Shown: piece by piece, positions 37,892-47,703 of the stretch
Numbering within the stretch: the first letter of the stretch is position 1
How the letters are laid out: each line of letters begins with the position of its first letter
NCBI GenBank assembly: GCA_965279035.1
Contig: OZ257142.1
Location: 1,344,001-1,408,000 of the forward strand
Direction: 5' to 3'
Source: Bacteroidia bacterium
GTDB taxonomy: Bacteria > Bacteroidota > Bacteroidia > M30B66
Length of the DNA stretch: 64,000 bases
Notes under the pieces: generated by a model
The model's database searches: none
Told to the model about the DNA's origin: nothing
Seen by the model: only the letters and a program-made list of their open reading frames with translations
Program-made: the position numbers and the translations under genes

Positions 37892-39853
37892 TTACTTTTT
37901 CTTTTCCAGCAATAATGTGTATTTATTGATATCAGCAGCGGCATTGATAACCTCTCTGAAATTCATGTAATCCGAAACGGGATATTCGATTTTTGAATAA
38001 TATTCTCGGATTTTCATTACAACTTCATTTCCCAATAATTCCACTTTAATATCGATGCCGAATAAGTCGTTGCCTTCTTTGTCCTTGAATGCAAGTTGCC
38101 GGTTTTTATTCTCAAAACCTTTAGCTGTATATCCTTCAGGAATGGCAATTCGAACTTCCGAAGTATGGATATGAGGGTAATAGGATTGAATTATGTTTTG
38201 ACGTTCAAGTTTATCATACATCTGAACCTGAGGACCGATCAATTCACCATATTTTACTAAAAGATTTTCACCATTTTGTTCTAAATATTCATCCGTTTCC
38301 CATTGATAATTTAAAACGAATGGTAGATAGTATTCTTTAAAATCGTTCACATTATGATTTTCCGCAGAAACGATCATAAATACACCTTCTTTTCTCTCAT
38401 TTCGAATTTGTTCTTCAATGAGTTCCTTGGCTTTTTCCTCTCCTGCAATGGTGTATAAAATTTTTCGTCCATCATCCGCATAGGAATTTCCATGATAAAT
38501 GGTATGAACTGTCATTTTATTTTCAGCATCCCAGGTGACATTTATTTTATAATCTCTCGAAACATCTTCAGTTTTATTTACTGGTATTTTGTCGATTCTA
38601 GTGACTCCTGACCATTGATCGCCTAATTGAATCGGTTTAACAAACATGGCTTTCTGACCTAAATACAAGGAACTAATTTCACCTACTCTGAGAGCACGAT
38701 CGACAGGATCGGTGAACAATTTATATGAAGGAAAATAAAAGAGAGGATCTTCAATAAAACTTGGAGAAGGGAAATCAGCATCGAATTTTTTCTTCGAACG
38801 AATCACTGTATAAGCTATTTCCCATGGAATTCCTAATTCCTGAAATATCATGATGTATACTCTCAAGACTGAATATTCATCACCGTATTTAGCTTTAAAC
38901 ATTTTCTCAACATCATTCATGTAGGGATAATCTTTCGAAACATTGATCGTGTTTTTCAGGTAATTCTCGATGGCAAATAATTGTTCTTTTCCACTGAGTT
39001 TGTCCCAACCTTGCGTCTTAATCATCTTACTCACGAACTTATGCTCACTTTTCTCGGTAGTCATGAAAAATTCCATTCTATTTCTTCCTTTCTCAGCCCA
39101 AGAATTAAATTTTTTATTGGTAGAAAAATTTTGAGCTAGTGCGAATTCGACTCTCGTTTTTTGAGATTGAGTCATGGAATAGGATTCATCCATAATTGGA
39201 TCTAATTTTCCAATGTTTGCGTATTGATAGCGATCCGTTTCATCTATTACTGTATCATTAAACGTAATGTTGTTTGGATATAATTTAAGTGCAAATTCAA
39301 CGGTTGCTGGACATCTTAAAATGAAATTCGATTTTCTAACTGGATAGCTTTTTTGAATGGTCATCCAGCCAGAATCTGAATAACTATGAAGAGTAATAAT
39401 TAATTTTTCAATCATCTGCCCTTTCTTCAATCCCTCAACTGCCATTTGTTTGTAGCGAGCTGATTCCTCAACAACCGACATCATTTCAGAGCCATCATGC
39501 TCTTTCACCACTTTTCCATTTTCGATGATTCGGATTCTAAAATAAATTAAGGAATCTTGATCACTTACTGGAACATATACTTTATTATTATTATCAATTG
39601 CTGATTCACTATTTAAATAGAGCATATCATGTTCAACAATCATTTTGACTGCAGCATTGGTATTGGGAAATAGACCAAACCAAACATATGTATTGTCGAA
39701 CATAGCTGTTAAAGGCTCAGCCAAAGCGATTGAATCTGGTTTTATTGCCAAGGTCGAATCGTTCAATTTAAAATCAAATGGATCGAATTTAAATTGAGCT
39801 TGAACAGAAAGAATTGAAATAATAAAAGTGAGTGATAGAATTATTCTTTTCAT
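37892..39853 (-). CDS. DUF3857/DUF3858 transglutaminase-fold protein, apparently non-catalytic
   Basis: Signal peptide; VEGLKKG, IENYLK, YGDEYS in place of YGDCKD, IAIPEGY and C-terminal YPVSDYMNFREVINAAAD. Confidence 0.72.
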   Translation of the reverse strand: MKRIILSLTFIISILSVQAQFKFDPFDFKLNDSTLAIKPDSIALAEPLTAMFDNTYVWFGLFPNTNAAVKMIVEHDMLYLNSESAIDNNNKVYVPVSDQDSLIYFRIRIIENGKVVKEHDGSEMMSVVEESARYKQMAVEGLKKGQMIEKLIITLHSYSDSGWMTIQKSYPVRKSNFILRCPATVEFALKLYPNNITFNDTVIDETDRYQYANIGKLDPIMDESYSMTQSQKTRVEFALAQNFSTNKKFNSWAEKGRNRMEFFMTTEKSEHKFVSKMIKTQGWDKLSGKEQLFAIENYLKNTINVSKDYPYMNDVEKMFKAKYGDEYSVLRVYIMIFQELGIPWEIAYTVIRSKKKFDADFPSPSFIEDPLFYFPSYKLFTDPVDRALRVGEISSLYLGQKAMFVKPIQLGDQWSGVTRIDKIPVNKTEDVSRDYKINVTWDAENKMTVHTIYHGNSYADDGRKILYTIAGEEKAKELIEEQIRNERKEGVFMIVSAENHNVNDFKEYYLPFVLNYQWETDEYLEQNGENLLVKYGELIGPQVQMYDKLERQNIIQSYYPHIHTSEVRIAIPEGYTAKGFENKNRQLAFKDKEGNDLFGIDIKVELLGNEVVMKIREYYSKIEYPVSDYMNFREVINAAADINKYTLLLEKKK

Positions 39854-41817
39854 TTTTTGGGCAATATGGAGATGGATTCTTTATACACTTTGTTTAACAC
39901 ATTAATTCCTTTGTTCCAATCATTAAATCGATCTGGCTCAATAAACATAGCATTTACTTTTAAAATGGAACTCAGCTCAACTACTGAATTTGTTTCATTA
40001 TAAGATCGCTTGAAAGATATTAAATCGGAAGAAAATTCTTGATTTACAGGTAAATCATTCGTTTTATATCCTTTAGGCAACTCAAATTTTACGTTAAGCG
40101 AGTTCGTATATCGAAAAATATAGGAAATTGGAACGTTTCGATTCGTTTCTTTCACCTGTTCATTCATCATGGGTTTCATAAGGAATAGATTCAGGTAAAA
40201 ATTACTGTCGATCTTAGTTGCATAATCAGGAAGTTCAATTCGATATTCAATAGAAATAGGTTTATGAATATCTGAATTTCCTGAAATTGAATAATCAATA
40301 ATTTTTGATTTACTGTAGTTGTGTTTCAAATAACTATGGATATATTCTTTTTTGTCTTTATCATTCAAGTCGTTATAACTCGAAATAAACCTCCAACGGG
40401 CAAAACCACTAAAATTTATTTTGCCGCTTATTTCGATCAGATTCATTGAATTGAAATGCATGGAAATCGTATCAGAAATGGTATTTAAATCGACATTCAT
40501 TTCAGGTATTTTGGCAATTTCAAAATGATTCTCATCAATCGAAATCATCGCTTCTTTTCCTTGAATAAAGGAAGAGGGATAACTTATTGGAAGAAATTCG
40601 GCAGTCGCATCAAAAAACATCCATTCTTTTCCAATTTTCTTTGATAGAATCATGTGATTTGAACTCGATAATAATGGCAATTCCTTATATGTATAGGGAA
40701 TATCTCGAGTACCAACCCAGGTTAAATACGAAGTAATGTTTGCTTGCTTTAATAGGGTTTGAAGTAAAGCAGCTTTATCTTTACAATCACCATAACGACG
40801 GTCGAACACATCGTTTGAAGGTCTTGGGTAAAATCCACCTAATCCATCTTCAATGGCTATGTATCGAATATGTTGTTGAACCCAATAATAGATTTTTTCG
40901 ATTAATGCTAAAGAGTCGTTTGAGGGAACCGTTGATTTTAAGGAATCGACAAGAGAAACTATCCCATTTGAAATAGAATCCTTATTTAAATCTTTAATAA
41001 AAACGAAATTATTCTTATATAATTCTTCAACAGTTCCTGATATGGTTGTGGTTTTTCCTTTAGAAGAATATGATTTTAAAATGTAAAAAAGATGAGGACT
41101 GAAATAGGCGCGTGAAGTTTCATTGTCATATTCTTTTTCGGGCTGAATATTATTCATCTGCTTGTAATAAACAGTAGATCCCTTAGATTTTTCACTACTT
41201 GAAATTACTTTAGAAGTATCTCCAAACATTCGTATTTCTAAATCAATATTTTCGGGGCAGATGATTGAAATTTTAGATTCAGAAACTGGAATGCTGTATC
41301 CAGTAATAAAATAAAAAGGGATAGCATACAATGGGTCTTTAATATGATATCGGTATTTAAGTTCAGAAACTGCTCTATTCTGAAGGCCTTGAAACATAAT
41401 TTTCGCTTGCATCATGTCATCATAAAATAATCCTGATGAGATGTTTGAAAAATGTTCTGTTTCGGCTGCCTTTATTTTTTTATAAGATTTTCCATCTGGA
41501 ATCCAGGTGCATGCATCTAAATTTTCAAGCAAGAAAAAACGCTCAGAGTAGGGGATAATTCTTTCATTTCCAACAATTCCCTGTTCATTTAGATATAAAA
41601 TATGCTCATCAAATTCTATATATATTTCAGGTTTTCCCTTTTGAAATTCAATACTTACTTTTTCAGTATGATTTAAAACAACAGCTTTCTTTTCTCCTGC
41701 AAGTTTAAGCATATCGGCTTCATTGAATTGAGGAACTTGTCCATATCCAATAGAATTCAATAAGCCTAGAAAAACAATAAAAACAAATGTTCCTTTATGG
41801 AATATATTCATAACCAT
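39850..41817 (-). CDS. DUF3857 + transglutaminase-like domain protein
   Basis: Start at ATG 41817 or 41811; IYYWVQQHIRYIA, RRYGDCKDKA (Cys), NHMI (His), FFDAT (Asp), FELPKGY. Confidence 0.88.
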   Translation of the reverse strand: MVMNIFHKGTFVFIVFLGLLNSIGYGQVPQFNEADMLKLAGEKKAVVLNHTEKVSIEFQKGKPEIYIEFDEHILYLNEQGIVGNERIIPYSERFFLLENLDACTWIPDGKSYKKIKAAETEHFSNISSGLFYDDMMQAKIMFQGLQNRAVSELKYRYHIKDPLYAIPFYFITGYSIPVSESKISIICPENIDLEIRMFGDTSKVISSSEKSKGSTVYYKQMNNIQPEKEYDNETSRAYFSPHLFYILKSYSSKGKTTTISGTVEELYKNNFVFIKDLNKDSISNGIVSLVDSLKSTVPSNDSLALIEKIYYWVQQHIRYIAIEDGLGGFYPRPSNDVFDRRYGDCKDKAALLQTLLKQANITSYLTWVGTRDIPYTYKELPLLSSSNHMILSKKIGKEWMFFDATAEFLPISYPSSFIQGKEAMISIDENHFEIAKIPEMNVDLNTISDTISMHFNSMNLIEISGKINFSGFARWRFISSYNDLNDKDKKEYIHSYLKHNYSKSKIIDYSISGNSDIHKPISIEYRIELPDYATKIDSNFYLNLFLMKPMMNEQVKETNRNVPISYIFRYTNSLNVKFELPKGYKTNDLPVNQEFSSDLISFKRSYNETNSVVELSSILKVNAMFIEPDRFNDWNKGINVLNKVYKESISILPKK

Positions 41818-44800
41818 AGTAAAATTGAACTTTTTTAAGAAGCTTTCCTGCAGTTGAATAATACGATGCTGGCCCATGCAAATAGCCATCTTCATAAGTT
41901 TCTTCTAAATAGAGCTGTCCATTAGGATTGTAAATTTTCAAGGTGCCAACTTTATCTCCATAGCTATATTCAGCTTCTTCTTTCAATTGTCCAGAAGGAT
42001 AGTATTCTTTGGAAGGACCATTGAACGAACCATTTTTATAAGTATTGGTATAATATAGTTTACCTGAAGGGTAATACGCACTATATTCTCCGTCACGTTT
42101 CCCATTTTTCATCACAAAAGAAATGGCTGGTTTGCCATCTTTATAATAGGTTTTCACTTCCGCATTTCCATTTACAATTGGGATTGTTATTTTTTTACCA
42201 GTATTGTCTTCATACGAATATGAAACTAGCTCACCTTCAAAAAAGTTGCGCTCTAACATCAAACTGCCAACTTCAGCGAATGTTTTACAAATACCATCTA
42301 ATTCATCATTTCTATTGGAGTAGGTAGTCATGATTTTGCCACTTGAATAGTAAAATATTTCCTCTCCTTCTGATTCACCATTGTCATAGTTTTCTCTACT
42401 GCTCAACACTCCAAATTCATCATAGCTCGTTAGAATCGAATCTAATTTCCCTAAAACATATTTTCCTTCTTGACGAATATTCCCATTTGCATAAAATAAT
42501 TTGAAATAACCATGTTGTTTACCACATAAATAATTCGATGTTTTACTTGGCATATTTTGTCCATAATTCACTTTCCATGGGCCTGTTTTAACACCGTATT
42601 TATATGCTCCTTCCCATTGATTATAAGGTGTATCGCCTTTTTCTTTGCAATAAAATTCAGGTTTGTCGAATGAAATAGTGTCTTTACTTAGATCATTTTC
42701 ATCGAAAATTATCATTTTAAATGGTTCTTTATCTTTATAGATAAGGCTCACATTTCTTTTTCCGTTTGGATAATAGGATAAATCAATCCCAGTAAGTACA
42801 TCTTCTTCATAAAATTCATCCGAATCGATTTTTCCATTTTCATGATAAGATATCATAGGGCCATTACTTTCGCCATTCATGTAATATCCTTTTAATTTAA
42901 TTGTGCCATCTTGAAAATAGCTTTTGCAGAAACCAGTTCTATTTCCTTCAGAATACATTAATTCATCAGAAACAGTTCCATTACGATAATAATAAGTCGC
43001 CTCCCCATCAATTTTTCCATCTTTATAGTTGAACTTCCGTTGAATTGAACCATCCGGATAGTAACTAATAAATTCATCATTAAATTCCCCTTTTTTGTAA
43101 ATTGATTTTTCAGTTAATAATCCATACGGAGTGAAGTTTTTCCAAAGGATTTCTCCTGACTTTTCTTCTTCTTTGTATATGATATTTCCATTTTTATCAA
43201 GAAATTCATAATAATTCAAACGCTCATTTTTAAATGTTAAATGGGCATATACTTTCCCATCATTCGCATCATACCAGTTTGAAGGACCATTGGCTTTCCC
43301 ATTTTTATATTCGTATTCATTTTTTAAAATCCCTTGATTCGAATATTCTTTCACTGATCCATCATATTTACCATTCTTAAATGAGGCAATTGATTGGGTT
43401 TTCCCATTTCGGAAGTATTTTTTGTATTCTCCTGTTTTATATCCGCCTTCAAAGTTCATTTCCTCTTTTAATTCACCCGTTGGGTAGTATGATTTATAGG
43501 CTCCAGATAAATCACCATTCAATAAATGACCTTCAGCCGATTTTTGCCCATTGGCAAAATACGATGTATAATTTCCAGATTTTCCAGGATCAACAACCTC
43601 CCTTTCATATTCTAAAGCTCCTTCTGAAGAATATCCTTTAATTATTCCACTTGCTTTTCCATCTTTAATTGTTAGCTCCATTTTTAAAGCTCCTGTTGGA
43701 TGATATTCATAATAATTATCGACATATTGTTTGTTCACTTTGGTGCCATCTTCTTTCTTATATCCATTTTCGTAATAAGAAGTGTAATGCACTTTATCTA
43801 ATTCAGCTTCATATTCTTCCACTTTTGATAGAAGTCCATTATTATAATAATATTTCCATGTGCCCTCTTCTTTTCCTTGGTCATTGTATTTGCCTTCGGC
43901 CGATTTTATTCCATTATTTCTAAAATATACCCAATCCCCAAAAATTGTTTTATCAGCTTTTTGATTTCCATATGCTGCCAATTCGCCATTATCATGGAAT
44001 GCAAATGTTAGATCTTCATTTGTTCCCATTGATTCAATCTTGTATTGACGTCTCTTTTCAATTAAATCTTTATTTGCCCAGGCTACAAAATCATCAACAA
44101 CTCCTTTGTTTTTATTGAAAGCTTTATTTACGGATTCTATTTCTTTAAGTGCCGAAAGCCCCGACATAATAGCCCCTTCAAAATATCCTTGATTCCAAAG
44201 TTCTTTGTAAAATGTGCAATAAAAATTAGCCATATAATTTTCTTCTTTACTTGGAATATTATCAAGCCTTTCCAAAATCATATGTAGTTGTCGAATGTAC
44301 GGCTCATCAAGGCGAGTCTTGATTTTGTACTTAGGAGTAAGTGCAATTTTTGCTTTAACTAATTGATTAATCTCTTCGAGTGATTCTAAATTCTTAAGTG
44401 TATTTTCCGGACTTGGTTTTTCGGAATTATAATTATCGTCCGACATCGATACCATCAATTTGTAGGTATCATATTGTGCTTTTGGTGTTGTATTAATTAA
44501 GGAGGAAAAATGCATAGCCATTAAAGCTAATGCAGGCTGTCCTGATGTATACGCCATATCAGCATATATTATATGCGTTCGTTTATTAAATAGGTTTAGC
44601 TTGAATGAAGTTTCTAATTGTTTAATTGCTTCCTCCCATTTCTTTTCTCCCATATAGGTTATCGCTTCTTCATAATATGTTTTACCTGCATGAGGAAATA
44701 GTTTTTTACACTCATTATAATAAAAGTGAGCACTATCTGGCTTTTTATAGTTATCGTATGTTTGAGCGATGAGCCAATAAAAATCTCTTAAGTTCTCATC

Positions 44801-45085
44801 ATTACGTTTAATTCCTTTTTTCGCATTAGAAATGGCTTCTGCATATTTCTTTTCAGAAGACAAACTCATGGTTAATTCATAATGGGCTAGATTATAATTT
44901 GTGTCGGAAGGTGAAACCTGACTATATAACTTGGAGGCAGCCTCATAGTTAGAAGTGTCATAGGCTAAAATCCCTTCTTTAATTAATTGATTCGATAATG
45001 TGAGTGTATCTCCAATTTTTTGAGCAGTTGAAATTTTGCACAGAAATACAATAAGGATAGCGAGCGTAAACTTTGTTTTTGTCAT
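41795..45085 (-). CDS. Exported TPR + MORN-variant (YwqK-like) repeat protein
   Basis: Signal peptide, N-terminal TPR helices, then more than 25 repeats of G....YY.NG.L..E..Y..G. Confidence 0.88.
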   Translation of the reverse strand: MTKTKFTLAILIVFLCKISTAQKIGDTLTLSNQLIKEGILAYDTSNYEAASKLYSQVSPSDTNYNLAHYELTMSLSSEKKYAEAISNAKKGIKRNDENLRDFYWLIAQTYDNYKKPDSAHFYYNECKKLFPHAGKTYYEEAITYMGEKKWEEAIKQLETSFKLNLFNKRTHIIYADMAYTSGQPALALMAMHFSSLINTTPKAQYDTYKLMVSMSDDNYNSEKPSPENTLKNLESLEEINQLVKAKIALTPKYKIKTRLDEPYIRQLHMILERLDNIPSKEENYMANFYCTFYKELWNQGYFEGAIMSGLSALKEIESVNKAFNKNKGVVDDFVAWANKDLIEKRRQYKIESMGTNEDLTFAFHDNGELAAYGNQKADKTIFGDWVYFRNNGIKSAEGKYNDQGKEEGTWKYYYNNGLLSKVEEYEAELDKVHYTSYYENGYKKEDGTKVNKQYVDNYYEYHPTGALKMELTIKDGKASGIIKGYSSEGALEYEREVVDPGKSGNYTSYFANGQKSAEGHLLNGDLSGAYKSYYPTGELKEEMNFEGGYKTGEYKKYFRNGKTQSIASFKNGKYDGSVKEYSNQGILKNEYEYKNGKANGPSNWYDANDGKVYAHLTFKNERLNYYEFLDKNGNIIYKEEEKSGEILWKNFTPYGLLTEKSIYKKGEFNDEFISYYPDGSIQRKFNYKDGKIDGEATYYYRNGTVSDELMYSEGNRTGFCKSYFQDGTIKLKGYYMNGESNGPMISYHENGKIDSDEFYEEDVLTGIDLSYYPNGKRNVSLIYKDKEPFKMIIFDENDLSKDTISFDKPEFYCKEKGDTPYNQWEGAYKYGVKTGPWKVNYGQNMPSKTSNYLCGKQHGYFKLFYANGNIRQEGKYVLGKLDSILTSYDEFGVLSSRENYDNGESEGEEIFYYSSGKIMTTYSNRNDELDGICKTFAEVGSLMLERNFFEGELVSYSYEDNTGKKITIPIVNGNAEVKTYYKDGKPAISFVMKNGKRDGEYSAYYPSGKLYYTNTYKNGSFNGPSKEYYPSGQLKEEAEYSYGDKVGTLKIYNPNGQLYLEETYEDGYLHGPASYYSTAGKLLKKVQFYYGYEYIP

Positions 45086-45260
45086 AACGCGACAATTTCT
45101 ACAATTTTGACCGCCAATTTATAACTCATTTAGTTATTTAACGAATCTGTTCTTGTATTATTCCTTTTTATATAGTTCCTGTTCAGGATTGAAATTCAAT
45201 TATTATCCCTCTCGAAATATTTGGATAAAACAGAAAGAATTAAATATTGACATGAAAATA

Positions 45261-45322
45261 AGGGGGTGTTTAAAGAAAAAGTGCAAAAAATTGGGAACTA
45301 CCCCCTCGAAAATATATCTTTG
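45261..45322 (+). promoter_or_regulatory. Glutamine synthetase promoter: -7 element TATCTTTG plus AGGGGGT/ACCCCCT inverted half-sites
   Basis: AGGGGGT 45261-45267, ACCCCCT 45300-45306, TATCTTTG 45315-45322. Confidence 0.55.
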
Positions 45323-45348
45323 CCTCCGAAAAACATAAAAATATCTAT

Positions 45349-47544
45349 ATGTCGACAATTCGGTTTAAGGCAATTGAGTCTTTGATAAATCGTTCTTATG
45401 ATATCAATGGACCACAAGCAGAGAAAATCTCAGATTATTATGGTAAATCTGTTTTTGGGGATATTGCAATGCGGGAGTTTCTGAGTAAAGAAGCCTATGA
45501 AAAGGTACGTGGGGCAATTGAACAGGGAACTCAAATTGAGCGTCATGTTGCAGATCAAGTAGCATCCTCTATGAAAGCTTGGGCAATGAATCAAGGATGT
45601 ACGCATTTTACACATTGGTTTCAGCCTTTAAACGGCGCAACAGCCGAAAAACACGATTCCTTTTTTGAGCCATTGTCAGATGGTCGAGCAATTGAAAATT
45701 TTAGTGGAAGTAATTTAATACAACAAGAACCCGATGCATCATCATTTCCAAGTGGTGGAATTCGAAATACATTCGAAGCTCGTGGTTATACTGCTTGGGA
45801 TCCAACATCGCCTGCTTTTGTTATTAGTGGAACACTTTGTATTCCAACAATCTTTGTTTCTTATACAGGTGAAGCTCTCGATTTTAAAACACCACTAATC
45901 AAAGCGCTGCATGCATTAGATAAAGCAGCTGTTGACGTTTGTCAATACTTTGATAAAAATGTCACCAAAGTCACTGCTACTTTGGGTTGGGAACAGGAAT
46001 ACTTTTTAATTGATGAAGCATTATTTCATGCTCGACCTGACCTTTCTCTAACTGGTCGTACATTATTTGGACATTCACCAGCTAAAGGTCAACAGCTTGA
46101 AGACCATTATTTTGGAACAATTCCCGATCGTGTTGCAGCTTATATGCGTGATTTTGAAACTGAATGTCATAAATTGGCTATTCCGGTGCGAACTCGTCAC
46201 AATGAAGTAGCTCCCAATCAGTTTGAGTGTGCACCAATTTTCGAGGAAGCAAATTTAGCTGTTGATCACAATCAATTATTGATGGATGTGATGAGCAAAG
46301 TGGCGCGTCGTCATCGATTCCGTTTATTGCTTCATGAGAAACCATTTGCAGGAATCAATGGTTCTGGGAAACATAACAATTGGTCTTTATCTACTAATAC
46401 TGGAAAGAACCTTCTAAGTCCAGGTAAAACACCTAAAAACAATCTTCAATTTCTAACATTTTTCATCACTACTATCAAAGCATTACATACTTATGCTGAT
46501 TTGATGCGTGCTGCAATTGCTTCTGCGGGAAATGATCATCGACTGGGTGCCAATGAAGCTCCTCCGGCTATCATTTCAGCTTTTATCGGTTCTCAACTTA
46601 CTGGTGTTCTTGATGATTTGGAGCAAAGAGTCAAGCCAAGTGGTAAAATGACACCTGATGAAAAGACTGATTTGAAATTGAATATTGGGAAAATCCCTCA
46701 AATTTTGCTCGATAATACAGATAGAAATAGAACATCTCCTTTTGCTTTCACAGGGAATAAGTTTGAATTTCGTGCAGTAGGTTCTTCAGCAAATTGTTCT
46801 CAAGCGATGATTGTTTTAAATACCATCGTAACACAACAACTTAGAGATTTCAAAGTAGAAGTGGATGGTTTAATTTCTAAAAAGAAACTAGATAAAGACG
46901 AAGCGATTTTCCAAGTTTTACGTCGTTATATTACAGAATCCAAGGCTATACGTTTTGAAGGAAATGGATATAGTGATGAATGGGTGATTGAAGCAGCAAA
47001 AAGAGGGCTGAACAATTTTGCAAAAACACCCGAAGCATTGGATGCATTTGTGTCAAAACAATCACTTAAGCTATTTGAAGACAACGACGTTCTTTCACAT
47101 CGTGAAGTAGAAGCACGTTATGAAATTCAATTAGAGATGTATACGAAAAAGATACAGATTGAATCACGTGTTATGGGAGATATTGCAGCCAATCATATTA
47201 TTCCTACTGCTTTAAAATATCAAAGTGCACTAATTCAAAATGTGAAAGGCTTGAAAGATATTTTGGATACTAAAACATTTCAGAAATCTGCACAAGCTCA
47301 ATTGGAAATTATCTCTGAAATTTCGGAGCATGTGAATGCAATCAAAAAAATGGTTGATGAAATGATTGAATCACGCAAGCAAGCGAATAAAATTGCTGAT
47401 ATAAGGAAGCAAGCCTCTGAATATTGTGTCAAAGTGCAAGGTTTTTTTGATCCAATCCGGTATCATGTTGATAAGCTAGAATTATTGGTAGATGATGAAA
47501 TATGGTGCTTGCCTAAGTATCGGGAGATGTTGTTTATCAATTAA
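45349..47544 (+). CDS. Glutamine synthetase type III
   Basis: THWFQPL, AEKHD, EPDASSFP.GG.R.TFEARGYTAWD, HNEVAP, NGSGKHNNWS, DRNRTSPFAFTGNKFEFR. Confidence 0.97.
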   Translation: MSTIRFKAIESLINRSYDINGPQAEKISDYYGKSVFGDIAMREFLSKEAYEKVRGAIEQGTQIERHVADQVASSMKAWAMNQGCTHFTHWFQPLNGATAEKHDSFFEPLSDGRAIENFSGSNLIQQEPDASSFPSGGIRNTFEARGYTAWDPTSPAFVISGTLCIPTIFVSYTGEALDFKTPLIKALHALDKAAVDVCQYFDKNVTKVTATLGWEQEYFLIDEALFHARPDLSLTGRTLFGHSPAKGQQLEDHYFGTIPDRVAAYMRDFETECHKLAIPVRTRHNEVAPNQFECAPIFEEANLAVDHNQLLMDVMSKVARRHRFRLLLHEKPFAGINGSGKHNNWSLSTNTGKNLLSPGKTPKNNLQFLTFFITTIKALHTYADLMRAAIASAGNDHRLGANEAPPAIISAFIGSQLTGVLDDLEQRVKPSGKMTPDEKTDLKLNIGKIPQILLDNTDRNRTSPFAFTGNKFEFRAVGSSANCSQAMIVLNTIVTQQLRDFKVEVDGLISKKKLDKDEAIFQVLRRYITESKAIRFEGNGYSDEWVIEAAKRGLNNFAKTPEALDAFVSKQSLKLFEDNDVLSHREVEARYEIQLEMYTKKIQIESRVMGDIAANHIIPTALKYQSALIQNVKGLKDILDTKTFQKSAQAQLEIISEISEHVNAIKKMVDEMIESRKQANKIADIRKQASEYCVKVQGFFDPIRYHVDKLELLVDDEIWCLPKYREMLFIN

Positions 47545-47569
47545 TTAAACATAGGATTTGAAATTTCAC

Positions 47570-47606
47570 AGCGGGTTGAATAAGGTTTTCAACTCGCTTT
47601 TTTTTG
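47570..47606 (+). terminator. Intrinsic terminator after GS III
   Basis: AGCGGGTTGAA...TTCAACTCGCTTTTTTTT. Confidence 0.75.
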
Positions 47607-47703
47607 ATGTTTTTCACCTTGTTTTAGAAAGAAAGCCGCCCCTTTTTGTACCAAGCACATTTTTTTTAATTTAGCCAACTGCATATTGCAACTAAGCTCC
47701 ATT

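Noticed and set aside
41795-45085. YwqK antitoxin of a toxin-antitoxin system
   Set aside because: Exported 1096-aa repeat protein with no adjacent toxin; the match would reflect generic MORN-like repeats.
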